Shown: positions 28,323 to 38,302 of the stretch, piece by piece
Layout of the letters: each line of letters opens with the position of its first letter
Numbering within the stretch: position 1 is the stretch's first letter
Assembly: GCA_026398415.1 (NCBI GenBank)
Contig: JAPLSY010000087.1
Span: 17,826 to 81,825 of the forward strand
DNA from: Kiritimatiellota bacterium
Lineage (GTDB): Bacteria; Verrucomicrobiota; Kiritimatiellia; JAAZAB01
DNA length: 64,000 nucleotides
Reading direction: 5' to 3'
Notes under the pieces: generated by a model
Seen by the model: the letters and a program-made list of their open reading frames with translations, nothing else
Told to the model about the DNA's origin: nothing
Databases searched by the model: none
Position numbers and translations under genes: made by a program

Positions 28323-29201
28323 ATGACCGTATTGAACAAACGCATCGCGAGCGGACTGTGCCTCGGAGCGGCCTTCCTGCTGGTCGCCAACTGGGCGCCA
28401 TCCATCACCGTCTGCGCACTGCTTTGTGCCATAGTGACCATTGCGGTGCTGGAATTCTACCAATTGCTCGATGCCATGGTAATCCCCAATTTTCGGATCA
28501 TGGGCGTTGTCGCCAGTATCCTGCTGATCGCCGGGACCTGGCTCTCGTTCACCTTAAAAACAACGGCACTGACCGGCGAGCACGAGTTGATCATTTTGTT
28601 CGTCACCATCATTGCAATTCTCATCCGGCAGTTTCCGCAGAAAAACAACGACCAGCCCCTGGCCACCATGGCCTGCACGCTGTTCGGTATTCTGTACGTG
28701 CCGTTCCTGTTCAATTACTTCACCAAGCTGGCCTTTTCCTGGGAATGCCCCTCCTGGCTGAACCCCATCGGGCCAACGGGCCGATGGCTGGTGTTCTATC
28801 TGATCGCGGTCATTAAGAGCACGGATATCGGCGCCTTCGTCATCGGCAGTCGGCTGGGGCGGCACAAACTGATTCCGCGCATTTCACCGGGTAAAACCTG
28901 GGAAGGATTTTTCGGCGGCGTGGCAGTCGGGTTGCTGGTCAGCCTTGGCGTATACTTCCTGGCTGGCGGACATTTCGGCGTTATCACCATGAGTATTTAC
29001 GACGCTATTATCCTTGGCATTCTTTTACCAGTTCTGGGCACGGTGGGCGACTTGACCGAATCCATGCTCAAGCGCGCCGCAAACAGCAAGGATGCCGGTC
29101 ATCTCTTGCCCGGCATGGGCGGCGCACTGGATGTGCTGGATAGTCTCCTGTTCGGCGCACCGGCACTGTACATGTATATCAAAATTTTGCTGGCGTTTTA
29201 A
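28323..29201 (+). CDS. cdsA: phosphatidate cytidylyltransferase
   Basis: Multi-TM protein with the CdsA signature PGKTWEGFFGG...DLTESMLKR. AAGGA RBS. Confidence 0.85.
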   Translation: MTVLNKRIASGLCLGAAFLLVANWAPSITVCALLCAIVTIAVLEFYQLLDAMVIPNFRIMGVVASILLIAGTWLSFTLKTTALTGEHELIILFVTIIAILIRQFPQKNNDQPLATMACTLFGILYVPFLFNYFTKLAFSWECPSWLNPIGPTGRWLVFYLIAVIKSTDIGAFVIGSRLGRHKLIPRISPGKTWEGFFGGVAVGLLVSLGVYFLAGGHFGVITMSIYDAIILGILLPVLGTVGDLTESMLKRAANSKDAGHLLPGMGGALDVLDSLLFGAPALYMYIKILLAF

Positions 29202-30361
29202 TGAGCAACACTCCAAAGAATATCGTCATCCTGGGCAGTACCGGCTCCATCGGGGAAAGCGCGCTGCGCGTAGTGGCCGCGTTTCCGGACCGGTTCCGGA
29301 TCATCGGCCTGGCAGCCCAAACCAAGGTGGAGCGCCTACTGGAACAGGCGCGGCTTTTTTCTGTTGAGCGCGTGGCCGTGACCGATCGCGAAGCGGCACG
29401 CCACGCCACGCAACTGGCCCCGGCAGGCCTGACCGTACTTGCCGGGCCGGAAGGTCTGGAGGAGTTGGCCGCGCTTCCCACCGCCGATATTGTGCTCGTG
29501 GCCGTCGTGGGCATGGCGGGCTTAAGTCCCGTACTGGCGGCCTTGCGTCAGGGTACGGACGTGGCGCTGGCCACCAAGGAAGTCCTGGTGGCGGCCGGCC
29601 AAAAAGTAATTGCCGTCAGCCGTGCCTTGGGCGCACGAATTTTGCCGGTAGACAGCGAACACAGCGCCATATTTCAGTGCCTGAACGGCCAGGGCGCGGA
29701 TCGCGTACGCCGCCTCATGTTGACGGCCTCGGGTGGGCCGTTCGCGCATAACCCGCGCCTGGACTTGGAAAAAGTAACCGTGGCCGAAGCCCTGAAGCAT
29801 CCCCGCTGGAACATGGGCCGCAAGGTAACGGTGGATTCGGCCACCATGATGAACAAAGGACTGGAAATCATCGAAGCCCACTGGCTATTCGGCGTGCCCT
29901 TCGACCGCATCGAGGTTGTAATTCACCCGGAAAGCATCGTGCATTCCATGGTCGAATTTCAGGATGGGAACGTTCTGGCCCAGCTCAGTGTTTCCGACAT
30001 GCGCTTCGCCATCCAGTTGGCGCTCACCTGGCCGGAGCGCCTGGATGGCGGTCTGCCGGCCCTCGATTTGGCGCGGCTTGGAACGCTTCATTTTTCAGCG
30101 CCGGACGACGCGCGGTTTCCCTGCCTGAGCCTGGCCCGCGCGGCGGCCCGGGCGGGCGGCACCATGCCGGTCATCCTGAACGCGGCCAATGAGGTAGCTG
30201 TGCAGGAATTTCTAAATGGCAAATTGTCCTTCCCCGGTATCTGGCGCACAGTGGAACAGGTGCTGGGGCGGCATACGGCGCTGGCCGACCCGGACCTGCC
30301 GGATATTCTGGCGGCCGATCGCTGGGCACGCGCGGAAGCCGGCCGGCTGATTCGGGAATAA
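29201..30361 (+). CDS. dxr: 1-deoxy-D-xylulose-5-phosphate reductoisomerase
   Basis: Motifs IVILGSTGSIGESAL and LPVDSEHSAIFQ, plus the CLSLA motif. ATG overlaps the cdsA stop by 1 nt. Confidence 0.9.
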   Translation: MSNTPKNIVILGSTGSIGESALRVVAAFPDRFRIIGLAAQTKVERLLEQARLFSVERVAVTDREAARHATQLAPAGLTVLAGPEGLEELAALPTADIVLVAVVGMAGLSPVLAALRQGTDVALATKEVLVAAGQKVIAVSRALGARILPVDSEHSAIFQCLNGQGADRVRRLMLTASGGPFAHNPRLDLEKVTVAEALKHPRWNMGRKVTVDSATMMNKGLEIIEAHWLFGVPFDRIEVVIHPESIVHSMVEFQDGNVLAQLSVSDMRFAIQLALTWPERLDGGLPALDLARLGTLHFSAPDDARFPCLSLARAAARAGGTMPVILNAANEVAVQEFLNGKLSFPGIWRTVEQVLGRHTALADPDLPDILAADRWARAEAGRLIRE

Positions 30362-30378
30362 TAAAATTGAGGAAATAA

Positions 30379-32007
30379 ATGGATTCTATGATTTTCCATG
30401 GCATTTATGTAACCGTGATCGTGTTGCTCTTGTTCGGTGTATCGATCTTTGCCCATGAACTGGGCCATTTCATCACCGCTCGTCTGTTCGGCATGGTCGT
30501 GGAAGTATTTTCGTTAGGCTTCGGACCATCCATCTGGAAAAAGAAATATCGCGGTACCCTTTACAAGATCGGCATTTTCCCCATTGGCGGGTATGTGGCC
30601 CTGCCCCAGATGGATCCGACCGATGCCTTGCCGACCGTAAAGCCGAAACAAACCGATGCGACCACAGGAACATCGGCCCAGGAACCGGCGACTCCGCCGC
30701 CTAAACCCTGGTCGCCTATGGCGCCGCCGGAGGCGGGTAAACCCTGGTCGCCTATGGCGCCGCCGGAGGCGGGTAAACCCTGGTCGCCTATGGCGCCGCC
30801 GGAGGCGGGTAAACCCTGGTCGCCTATGGCGCCGCCGGAGGCGGGTAAACCCCTGCCACCGGTAGCGCCCTGGAAAAAAATCATTGTGGCGGCGGCCGGC
30901 GCCGCCGGTAATATGGTCCTGGCCGCGATCATCGCCTGGATTGTCTATTGGGGCGGCAAGCCTTCCACGCCGGGCGAGCGTTGCGCCGTTATTGGATTTG
31001 TGGACACCAATTCGGTTGCCTACACCAGCGGCCTGCGCCTCGGCGATGAAATTCTTGCCGTAAACGATGTCCCGGTTGCAACGTGGAACGATGTCATCCA
31101 GGAAAATACACGCTTTGAAACTGTCCGCTTCGCCGTCCGAACACCGGCCGGCACCAATATGATCACGGTGCCGACGGAAAAGAACGCGCTGGGTTTCCGG
31201 ATGGTGGATGGCCTGCGCGAAATCACGCTATGCAAGGTCATGGCCGTGGAGACAGAGTCCAGCGCGGCCCAGGCCGGCGTTCATCCGGAAGACGTGATTT
31301 TAAGGTTCAACGACGTAACCGTGCTCAGCATCGAGCACCTGGTCACGCTCGTGTCCGCGCGGCCGGACCAGCCCACCCCGCTCGCCGTGGAACGCGGAGG
31401 GCAAATCCTGGCCCTCACCGTCTCGCCGCAGCTTGACTCGTCCCTAGGGCGCGCGCGGATCGGCATCCGCTTCGACCCGATGGCTGTGGATTACGACAAA
31501 GTGGTTCACATCCCGCCCAGCGTTCAACTGAAGGGCCATGCCACCATGATCCTCAGGGTGGTCCGCGCACTCCTGACCCCGAAGGAAGCCAAACACACGT
31601 CCGAAGGACTCGGCGGTCCGCCCATGATTCTTTACATGATCCAGGATGCCGTGCGCAAAGGCATCATGATCGCCCTGTGGTTCATGTGCTTCCTTAACGT
31701 GAACCTGGCCATCATTAACCTCCTTCCGATCCCGGTGCTCGACGGGGGTCACATCATGTTTTCCCTGTGGGAACTGGTCACCCGGCGTCCAATTCACCCG
31801 AAACTGATTGCCTGGATTTACCAGGTTTTCTTTTTCCTGTTTATCGCGGTATTCATTCTGCTCTCGGGGCGGGATTTTCAGCGACTCTATCAACTCCACC
31901 AGCTATCGAAAACGGTTGCCCGTCAGATGGCCGTCACCAACGTCGTCACGAACGCGGTTGCCGGCACCGCTCCGAGCGCGGCTACGAACGAACCCGGAAC
32001 GCCGTAA
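30379..32007 (+). CDS. rseP: RIP metalloprotease RseP (site-2 protease) with an inserted proline-rich tandem repeat
   Basis: HELGHF zinc motif in TM1. PDZ region. C-terminal LNLLPIPVLDGGH motif. GAGGA RBS. A 4 x KPWSPMAPPEAG insert is present (see repeat feature). Confidence 0.85.
   Translation: MDSMIFHGIYVTVIVLLLFGVSIFAHELGHFITARLFGMVVEVFSLGFGPSIWKKKYRGTLYKIGIFPIGGYVALPQMDPTDALPTVKPKQTDATTGTSAQEPATPPPKPWSPMAPPEAGKPWSPMAPPEAGKPWSPMAPPEAGKPWSPMAPPEAGKPLPPVAPWKKIIVAAAGAAGNMVLAAIIAWIVYWGGKPSTPGERCAVIGFVDTNSVAYTSGLRLGDEILAVNDVPVATWNDVIQENTRFETVRFAVRTPAGTNMITVPTEKNALGFRMVDGLREITLCKVMAVETESSAAQAGVHPEDVILRFNDVTVLSIEHLVTLVSARPDQPTPLAVERGGQILALTVSPQLDSSLGRARIGIRFDPMAVDYDKVVHIPPSVQLKGHATMILRVVRALLTPKEAKHTSEGLGGPPMILYMIQDAVRKGIMIALWFMCFLNVNLAIINLLPIPVLDGGHIMFSLWELVTRRPIHPKLIAWIYQVFFFLFIAVFILLSGRDFQRLYQLHQLSKTVARQMAVTNVVTNAVAGTAPSAATNEPGTP
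30703..30850 (+). repeat. 4 perfect tandem copies of a 36-bp unit (aaaccctggtcgcctatggcgccgccggaggcgggt; KPWSPMAPPEAG) plus a partial fifth, inside rseP
   Basis: Direct inspection. In-frame, so it does not disrupt the ORF. Confidence 0.9.
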
Positions 32008-32172
32008 ACCAGACGGAGCGAGTTTTGTTGCGCAACGACCTAAAGGCCGCGCCTGATGACTGCCGTCGAGCGAACCGAAAAAATGAATAATCTATTTATT
32101 TTACGACCTTAATTATGTGATATTTTGGGCGCCTGATGGTCAATAACGAAAGCCGCGAAAAAGGGAAATACC

Positions 32173-33174
32173 ATGAAATGCAAGCCGGACTATGCAACGC
32201 TAACGGTTAGGCCGTATCAGCTTCTATGTATCGTTTGTGCACTTGGCGAAAACGACTCGGCCCCAAGTGACCCCCGCCTTAAGGAACTCCTCGAAAAGAT
32301 CCGGAGCAACCCCGACCTGCCCATCGCCCTGCGCTGTAACACGGCCGACGAATTCAGTTATCAAGCCGTGGGCACCCAGGACGACACGGGCGAAGGCCTG
32401 GAATTCAATCGCAAGCGCGACATGGATATACTTCTGCAGCTGGATCTCGCGCCAGGATCCATTTTGCCGGCGAGAATTATTTTTGGGCGGTTACTCAAAG
32501 CGATTTCTTCCGTTTCAGGAATCTGCGGTTACGCTACGGTAACATCCGAAGCGTGGCACGGATGTCCACGCGCCAAGAACGGGCGCTACGAGAAAGGTCA
32601 CGCAAAGGGCATCAACGCCATCATTCCACCCCGCGACACGGAGGAGATGAAACGGGACAAGGACACCTCCATCAAGGACATGTTCGCGTCAAAAGCGATC
32701 AAAATTCGCCCGCACATCCTCTTGTGTGCCGTCGCCCAATATGGCGGAGGCACCCGGCCGCCCTTCGCGGCGGACAACCTGCCCGAGATGATTCAACATA
32801 TTCTCAAGAATCCCGATACGTCTATTACGCTCGTATCGGGCGCAGATTGGATGATGTGCGGTCCCTGCCCTAGCCGTGTTGCCCAGCTTAATGCCTGCGT
32901 ATGTGGCGCCATCGGCTCCGGCGGACTCTACAACGAGATGAAGGACCTGAATGTGCTCCAGGCCTTGGGCCTGACATATGGCACCACCATGAACGCAAGG
33001 GCATTATACAAGTTGATCTTCGAACGGATTCCGAAAACGGGCGGCGTCTGTGCGTTGGATATCCGTATCGCCCAGCTCTCCGTGTGGTGTGACAGCTGCG
33101 GCAAAAATCCTGCTCCTTGCCCCGACTACGAGAAGGGCCGGGAGATGCTCATGAAAGAGTTCGCCAAGGCCTGA
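32173..33174 (+). CDS. Cys-rich protein with two tandem DUF1284-like domains
   Basis: Internal duplication: RPYQLLCIVCALG...LLEKIRSNPDLPIAL versus RPHILLCAVAQYGG...IQHILKNPDTSITLVSGADWMMCGPCP. The second half matches the DUF1284 pattern (HHLLC...NP...I.IV.G.D.IC..CP). Confidence 0.5.
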   Translation: MKCKPDYATLTVRPYQLLCIVCALGENDSAPSDPRLKELLEKIRSNPDLPIALRCNTADEFSYQAVGTQDDTGEGLEFNRKRDMDILLQLDLAPGSILPARIIFGRLLKAISSVSGICGYATVTSEAWHGCPRAKNGRYEKGHAKGINAIIPPRDTEEMKRDKDTSIKDMFASKAIKIRPHILLCAVAQYGGGTRPPFAADNLPEMIQHILKNPDTSITLVSGADWMMCGPCPSRVAQLNACVCGAIGSGGLYNEMKDLNVLQALGLTYGTTMNARALYKLIFERIPKTGGVCALDIRIAQLSVWCDSCGKNPAPCPDYEKGREMLMKEFAKA

Positions 33175-33227
33175 CGAGTTACCCCGCCTGCCGCAACGCC
33201 AAATTAAGGGAATAATTTATTCAGGTC

Positions 33228-34370
33228 ATGAGTATTGCATCTCCATCCATCCTGGCGCGGCGGCGGAAAACCCGACAGATTCATGTCGGCCCCGTAGCGG
33301 TGGGCGGCGGAGCGCCGGTGACGGTCCAGACCATGACCAAAACCGACACGCGCGACGTCCGCGCCACGATCGCCCAGATCCGCAACCTGGAACGCGCGAG
33401 CTGCGACATCATTCGCGTGGCCGTGCCGGACGAGGATGCCGCCCACTCCCTGGCCGCCATTCGCCGGGCAATCCATATTCCGCTCGTGGCCGATATCCAC
33501 TTTAATTACCGCCTGGCCCTCCAGGCACTGGCCTCAGGCGTGGACGGCCTGCGGATTAATCCCGGCAATATCGGTTCCATCGCCAACGTGCGGGAAGTGG
33601 TCCGCGCCGCGCGTGAGCGCAAAGTTCCCATCCGCATTGGCGTCAATGCCGGCTCACTGGAAAAAGAAATTTTGGCAAAATACGGCGGCGCCACGGCCAA
33701 AGCGCTCGTGGCCAGCGCCCTGAAACATGTGCGCATCCTGGAAAACCTCAACTACCGCGAAATCAAAATTTCGGTGAAAGCCTCGGACGCGGCGCGCACG
33801 GTCCAGGCCTACCGGCTCCTGGCGGCAGCCACCGATTACCCCCTGCACTTAGGCGTAACCGAAGCGGGCACCCTGCTCACCGGCACGGTGCGCTCGGCCA
33901 CGGCCCTAGGCATCCTGCTGGCAGAGGGTATCGGCGATACGCTCCGCGTTTCACTGACGGAACACCCTTTGCGGGAAGTGAAAGCGGGGTTGGAGATTCT
34001 GCGCGCGCTCGCGCTGCGGCCGCCCGGCCCCAGCGTTATTGCCTGCCCCACCTGCGGACGGGTTGAACTTGACGTCATCGCGCTCGCCCACCGGGTCGAA
34101 GAAGAACTGGACAAGCTCTCGCGCAAATTTCCCGGCGCCCGCCAGCCGGCGGACTGGCCGGTAGTGGCGATCATGGGCTGCATGGTGAACGGTCCCGGTG
34201 AAGCCCGCGAGGCGGATATCGCCATCGCCGGCGGCAAGGGTAAAGCCGCGCTTTATGTGGGTGGAAAGTATAAGACTACGGTGAAGGAAGGGAGCATTGT
34301 GGCTACGGTTGTCCGACAGGTGCGCGCATTTCTTCCGCCTTCGCGAGGTCGCTTCCCCCTTCGCTCATAG
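33228..34370 (+). CDS. ispG: 4-hydroxy-3-methylbut-2-en-1-yl diphosphate synthase (flavodoxin-type IspG/GcpE)
   Basis: N-terminal RRKTRQIHVGPVAVGGGAPVTVQTMTKT. C-terminal CPTCGR...GCMVNGPGEA [4Fe-4S] cysteines. Confidence 0.9.
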   Translation: MSIASPSILARRRKTRQIHVGPVAVGGGAPVTVQTMTKTDTRDVRATIAQIRNLERASCDIIRVAVPDEDAAHSLAAIRRAIHIPLVADIHFNYRLALQALASGVDGLRINPGNIGSIANVREVVRAARERKVPIRIGVNAGSLEKEILAKYGGATAKALVASALKHVRILENLNYREIKISVKASDAARTVQAYRLLAAATDYPLHLGVTEAGTLLTGTVRSATALGILLAEGIGDTLRVSLTEHPLREVKAGLEILRALALRPPGPSVIACPTCGRVELDVIALAHRVEEELDKLSRKFPGARQPADWPVVAIMGCMVNGPGEAREADIAIAGGKGKAALYVGGKYKTTVKEGSIVATVVRQVRAFLPPSRGRFPLRS

Positions 34371-34387
34371 AGCTTCGGCGGACACGT

Positions 34388-34419
34388 CGGCGGGACAAGC
34401 CGCCGCGCACGTCCCGCCG
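34388..34419. terminator. GC-rich hairpin between convergent ispG and kamA-like genes (cggcgggac-N14-gtcccgccg)
   Basis: 9-bp perfect inverted repeat in the 61-bp convergent intergenic region. No T-tract, so it is only a candidate bidirectional terminator. Confidence 0.3.
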
Positions 34420-34431
34420 TATGATACAGAA

Positions 34432-35601
34432 CTACCGCGTGACCGGAGAGGGCATCACCGTGATATCGGCGGGTTCTTTCCGCCTGTGGGTCTGTTCCTT
34501 CAGGGCCCAAGCTTCCATCGGCGTGGGAACTTTCGCTTGCGGCGCCACTGGCACGCTCTTGGTTTTGACCTGTTTATACACGAACACCTTGCCTTCGTAA
34601 TTGCGCAGAACCACTTCCTTATCGGTCATGGATGCCACGTAATCGGGCAGAAGCGGCACCTTGCCGCCGCCGCCCGGGGTGTCAATGACAAAGTGCGGCA
34701 CCGCCAACCCCGACGTCCATCCCCGCAAACCTTTGATGACTTCCAGTCCCTTGGCCACGGTCGTGCGCAGGTGCTCTGTGCCGGCAACCTGGTCGGCCTG
34801 GTAGATGTAATACGGCCGCACGCGGCAGGCCAGCAGTTTCTGCATGAGCGAACGCATCACGGCCGGATCATCGTTGACGCCCTTCAGCAGGACAGTCTGG
34901 GTCCCGAGCGGGATGCCGACATCGGCCAGTCGGTTAAGGGCCTTGGCCGACTGCGGCGTAACTTCGTCCGGGTGATTGAAATGCACGTTCATGAAGAGCG
35001 GGTGATATTTTTTCAGCATCCGCACCAGCTTGGCGGTCACACGCTGGGGCAATACGCACGGCACGCGGGTCCCGATACGGATAATTTCCACGTGGGGAAT
35101 CGCGCGCAATTCCCTGAGAATGCCTTCCAGGCGCTCATCGGAGAGCAGGAGCGGATCGCCACCCGATACGATCACATCGCGGATTTCCGAATGCCGGCGG
35201 ATATAGGCCAGCCCGTTCTCGATGAATTGCGGATGCATTTTGTGGAAGTCACCGACCATGCGCTTACGGGTGCAGAAGCGGCAATAGGAGGCGCACTCGT
35301 GCGAGACCAAGAACAGAACGCGGTCGGGGTAACGGTGCACAATCCCCGGCACGGGCGAATCCTGGTCCTCGGCCAGCGGGTCCTCCAATCCGCAGGTACC
35401 CTCCAGCTCGCGGGCATCGGGCACCATTTGACGATACAAGGGATCCCCCTTGGCCTTGATCAGGCTCAGGTAATAGGGATTGATGCGGATGCGGAACACG
35501 CCGGCCACCCGGCGGATTTCATCCACCTTGAGACCGAATACCTCGGCCACTTCTTCCGCGGTCGTCAAACTCTTTTGCAAAAGCTTTTGCCATCGTTCCA
35601 T
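34432..35601 (-). CDS. KamA-family radical SAM aminomutase (lysine 2,3-aminomutase-like)
   Basis: CASYCRFCTRKR (CxxxCxxC) motif together with KamA-type N-terminal and C-terminal regions. ATG at 35601 follows the GNAT stop as TAAcATG, with GGAGGG 9 nt upstream. Confidence 0.8.
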   Translation of the reverse strand: MERWQKLLQKSLTTAEEVAEVFGLKVDEIRRVAGVFRIRINPYYLSLIKAKGDPLYRQMVPDARELEGTCGLEDPLAEDQDSPVPGIVHRYPDRVLFLVSHECASYCRFCTRKRMVGDFHKMHPQFIENGLAYIRRHSEIRDVIVSGGDPLLLSDERLEGILRELRAIPHVEIIRIGTRVPCVLPQRVTAKLVRMLKKYHPLFMNVHFNHPDEVTPQSAKALNRLADVGIPLGTQTVLLKGVNDDPAVMRSLMQKLLACRVRPYYIYQADQVAGTEHLRTTVAKGLEVIKGLRGWTSGLAVPHFVIDTPGGGGKVPLLPDYVASMTDKEVVLRNYEGKVFVYKQVKTKSVPVAPQAKVPTPMEAWALKEQTHRRKEPADITVMPSPVTR

Positions 35602-35602
35602 G

Positions 35603-36091
35603 TTAAGCACCCTCCGGCTTGAGATACTTGCAGTAAATCAAGAGATCGTCGCCGGGGCGGTAGAAATCGCGAATGCGCGCGTTTTCCACATAGCCCAGGC
35701 GCTGGTAAAAATTACGCGTGGTTGCGTACTTGTCCCTGGATGAAGTTTCGATCACGATCAACCTCCCCGTTTTTTTATGGACGTCTTTTTCCAACCATTG
35801 AATCAAGGCTTTGCCATAGCCCTGCCGGTGCTTGCCGGGATGAACGGCCATCCAATATAAATCTACGACACCTTCGGTCATGGGCGTGGGTCCATAGCAC
35901 ATGTAGCCCACAATGGCGCCCTGCTCGTTTTCAATCACAACAACGACATAATCCTGCTGGCCGGGCTTGGCAAGGCAGACGTCGATCACCTCCGCCGCCA
36001 CCCGCTCTTCTTCCTTCGTGAACATGCCGGTCAAATGAATTACCTCTAGAACCGCTGGACGATCCTTCTCGATTATCGGTCGGATTTTCAT
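35603..36091 (-). CDS. GNAT-family N-acetyltransferase
   Basis: 162 aa with an acetyl-CoA-binding-like motif (HRQGYGKALIQ). Sits 9 nt after the upstream ATP-grasp stop. Confidence 0.7.
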   Translation of the reverse strand: MKIRPIIEKDRPAVLEVIHLTGMFTKEEERVAAEVIDVCLAKPGQQDYVVVVIENEQGAIVGYMCYGPTPMTEGVVDLYWMAVHPGKHRQGYGKALIQWLEKDVHKKTGRLIVIETSSRDKYATTRNFYQRLGYVENARIRDFYRPGDDLLIYCKYLKPEGA

Positions 36092-36100
36092 GATTGGCTT

Positions 36101-37108
36101 TCATTTTTTCTTCAGCGCCAGGCGCACCTGGCTCCGCCAGAAATTCTCGTAGGCAATGCCCTCCGCCGCCAATGACCGTGCCAGACCTGCCTCACGCGAT
36201 GTATCGGGATTGGGATTCACCTCCAGGATGTACGGGCGCGCGCGCGCATCCAGCCGGAAATCCACGCGCGCATAGCCGCGCAACTTCAATACCCGATAGG
36301 CCTGCAGGGCAAAGCGCGTCAGACGACGCGCCAAAGCCGGCAAGACTGGCGCCGGGCATACCGGTACCGTGCCCCGGTAGGTCGGATGCGCGGCCTGCCA
36401 CTTGGCGTCGTAGCCCACAATGCGCGGCAAGCCGGCGGGATAGTGCTGAAACAAAATCTCCGAAAGCGGCAGGACGCGCGGCGCGGACTCCTCCACAATG
36501 GCCGCATTGATTTCCCGGCCATCCACAAAACTCTCGACCAGCGCCGGTTGGTCATAGGCGGCCAGCACACGGGCCACCTGCTTGCGCAAGGCCATCCGGG
36601 TCCGTACCACGGAATGGGGGTAAATCCCGATGCTGGCGTCCTCACAGTTGGGCTTCACGATCAGCGGAAATCGAGCCGCGGCGGGCAGTTGACGCTCATC
36701 CTCGACGAGCCAGCTCGGCAGGGTCGGCAGTCCACAGGCCTTCAGAATGGCATTGGTCCTGAATTTGTCGTGACATTGAAACAGCGCGTGCGAACTGTTG
36801 CCGGTAAAGGGAATGTCCAGCAGTTCCAGCAGGCCCGCCACCTGCGCCTCGTAGGCCGAATGACCGCGGAATCCCTCGCACAGGTTGACAATTACCGCGG
36901 GACGTAGGCGGCGGATCGGCGCTACAATTTCTTCAATGCAATTGCGAACGGGAATCCACTGGAGACGATACCCGAAAGACAAGAGCGCCGCCCCCGCCTG
37001 CCGGGCGGCAGTTTCCAGGGCACGCTCGGAGAGCGTTTCCTTCGGCCGCACCAAGCGCGGCTCGCAGACATTGTATAAAATACCTACGCGTATCGAACGG
37101 GCATTCAT
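36101..37108 (-). CDS. D-alanine--D-alanine ligase-family ATP-grasp protein (paralog 2)
   Basis: N-domain IRVGILYN...VIVNLCEGFRG...LLELLDIPFTGNSS parallels Ddl. C-terminal ATP-grasp motifs are present (EVNPNPD). ATGA overlap with the upstream paralog. Confidence 0.7.
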   Translation of the reverse strand: MNARSIRVGILYNVCEPRLVRPKETLSERALETAARQAGAALLSFGYRLQWIPVRNCIEEIVAPIRRLRPAVIVNLCEGFRGHSAYEAQVAGLLELLDIPFTGNSSHALFQCHDKFRTNAILKACGLPTLPSWLVEDERQLPAAARFPLIVKPNCEDASIGIYPHSVVRTRMALRKQVARVLAAYDQPALVESFVDGREINAAIVEESAPRVLPLSEILFQHYPAGLPRIVGYDAKWQAAHPTYRGTVPVCPAPVLPALARRLTRFALQAYRVLKLRGYARVDFRLDARARPYILEVNPNPDTSREAGLARSLAAEGIAYENFWRSQVRLALKKK

Positions 37109-38172
37109 TTCAGCAGGCCATGGCGCCGCAAAGCGATCGCGGCCACTTTCAAAATCAGGTTAGCGTAACAATACCCCGCCGCACGCGCCGCCGCCGGCAA
37201 GGCCGAATTTTCACCGGGGTCCGGCAGGATGCCGGGCAAGGGATTCAATTCCAACAGATTCGGGTTGCCTTCCGCATCCAGCCGCAGGTCCACTCTGGCC
37301 CAGTCCCGGACGCCCAGGACATCCAACGTCCGGCCGACCAGCGCACGGATACGTTTGTCAAGCGCGGCAGATATTTTGGCGGGACAGACCAGAATCGGCA
37401 GGGGCTTGGCCGGATCGTCCCACACCCACTTAGCCTCATACCCATAGACGTGGTTCGCGCCCTTCGGGAGCACGCTGTGATCGATCTCCACCAGCGGCAG
37501 AATCTCGTAATCCGGCGCGTTGCCCAGCACACCCACGGTAAATTCACGGCCGGGCAGGAATTCTTCGACCAGCGCCGGCTGATGATACGCACGGTGAATC
37601 TTGCGGACGCGTGCACGCAACTGGGTGCGGGTCCTGACCAGACTGTCGTTGCGGATGCCCATGGAAGAGCCTTCGCGCAGGGGCTTAACCATCGCGGGCA
37701 AACGGAAAGAAGCAAGCTTGCTGGCGGATGCGCCCGGCGCCACAACCGCGAACCGCGCCGTGGGGATCTGGTGATACGCCATGATTTCCTTGGTGCGAGC
37801 TTTATCGAGGCAGATACCGAGCGTCAAGGCATCCGACCCGGTGTAAGGCAATCCCAGAATTTCGCAAAGAATAGGGACATGGGCTTCACGGTTCGGCCCC
37901 GCAAATCCTTCGGAAATATTAAAGACCAGATCGGGATGCAGTTTACGCAGGCGCGCATAGGCCCGGGTATCGCCTTCCACGCGCGTAACACGATACCGCT
38001 GTGAAAGGGCGGCGGCTACCGCGGAGATGGTCTCCTCGGTATCGTATTCCGCCAATAAGTCCGGCGGTTCATCGTCGTCCACCACCAACTCGTCAGGACG
38101 ACGAACAACCGACATCTCCTGTGCCTTTTTCTTGGATGTAAAAACCAACGCGACGTGCAATGCTGAGTTCAA
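37105..38172 (-). CDS. D-alanine--D-alanine ligase-family ATP-grasp protein (paralog 1)
   Basis: VFNISEGFAGPNREAHVPILCEILGLPYTGSD is Ddl-like. C-terminal ELNPLPG motif. The ORF starts with TTG at 38172; an alternative ATG is at 38115. Confidence 0.65.
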   Translation of the reverse strand: MNSALHVALVFTSKKKAQEMSVVRRPDELVVDDDEPPDLLAEYDTEETISAVAAALSQRYRVTRVEGDTRAYARLRKLHPDLVFNISEGFAGPNREAHVPILCEILGLPYTGSDALTLGICLDKARTKEIMAYHQIPTARFAVVAPGASASKLASFRLPAMVKPLREGSSMGIRNDSLVRTRTQLRARVRKIHRAYHQPALVEEFLPGREFTVGVLGNAPDYEILPLVEIDHSVLPKGANHVYGYEAKWVWDDPAKPLPILVCPAKISAALDKRIRALVGRTLDVLGVRDWARVDLRLDAEGNPNLLELNPLPGILPDPGENSALPAAARAAGYCYANLILKVAAIALRRHGLLK

Positions 38173-38302
38173 CCGTCAGACCCCTTCCAGGTCTTTTTTC
38201 CGATTATTCTTTTTGCGCCGTTCGGTTAAACCGACACCTCCCGAACCGGTGGTCTCACAATCAGAACTTCGAAAAAAACCACAAGCTGTTGTGGTTGTTA
38301 GT

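Noticed and set aside
38177-38200. Hairpin agacc-N7-ggtct followed by TTTTTT on the plus strand, resembling an intrinsic terminator
   Set aside because: There is no plus-strand gene upstream of it. On the minus strand, where transcription occurs, it reads as an A-tract before the hairpin, and it sits 5 bp from the ATP-grasp start. It is more likely part of the 5' leader than a terminator.
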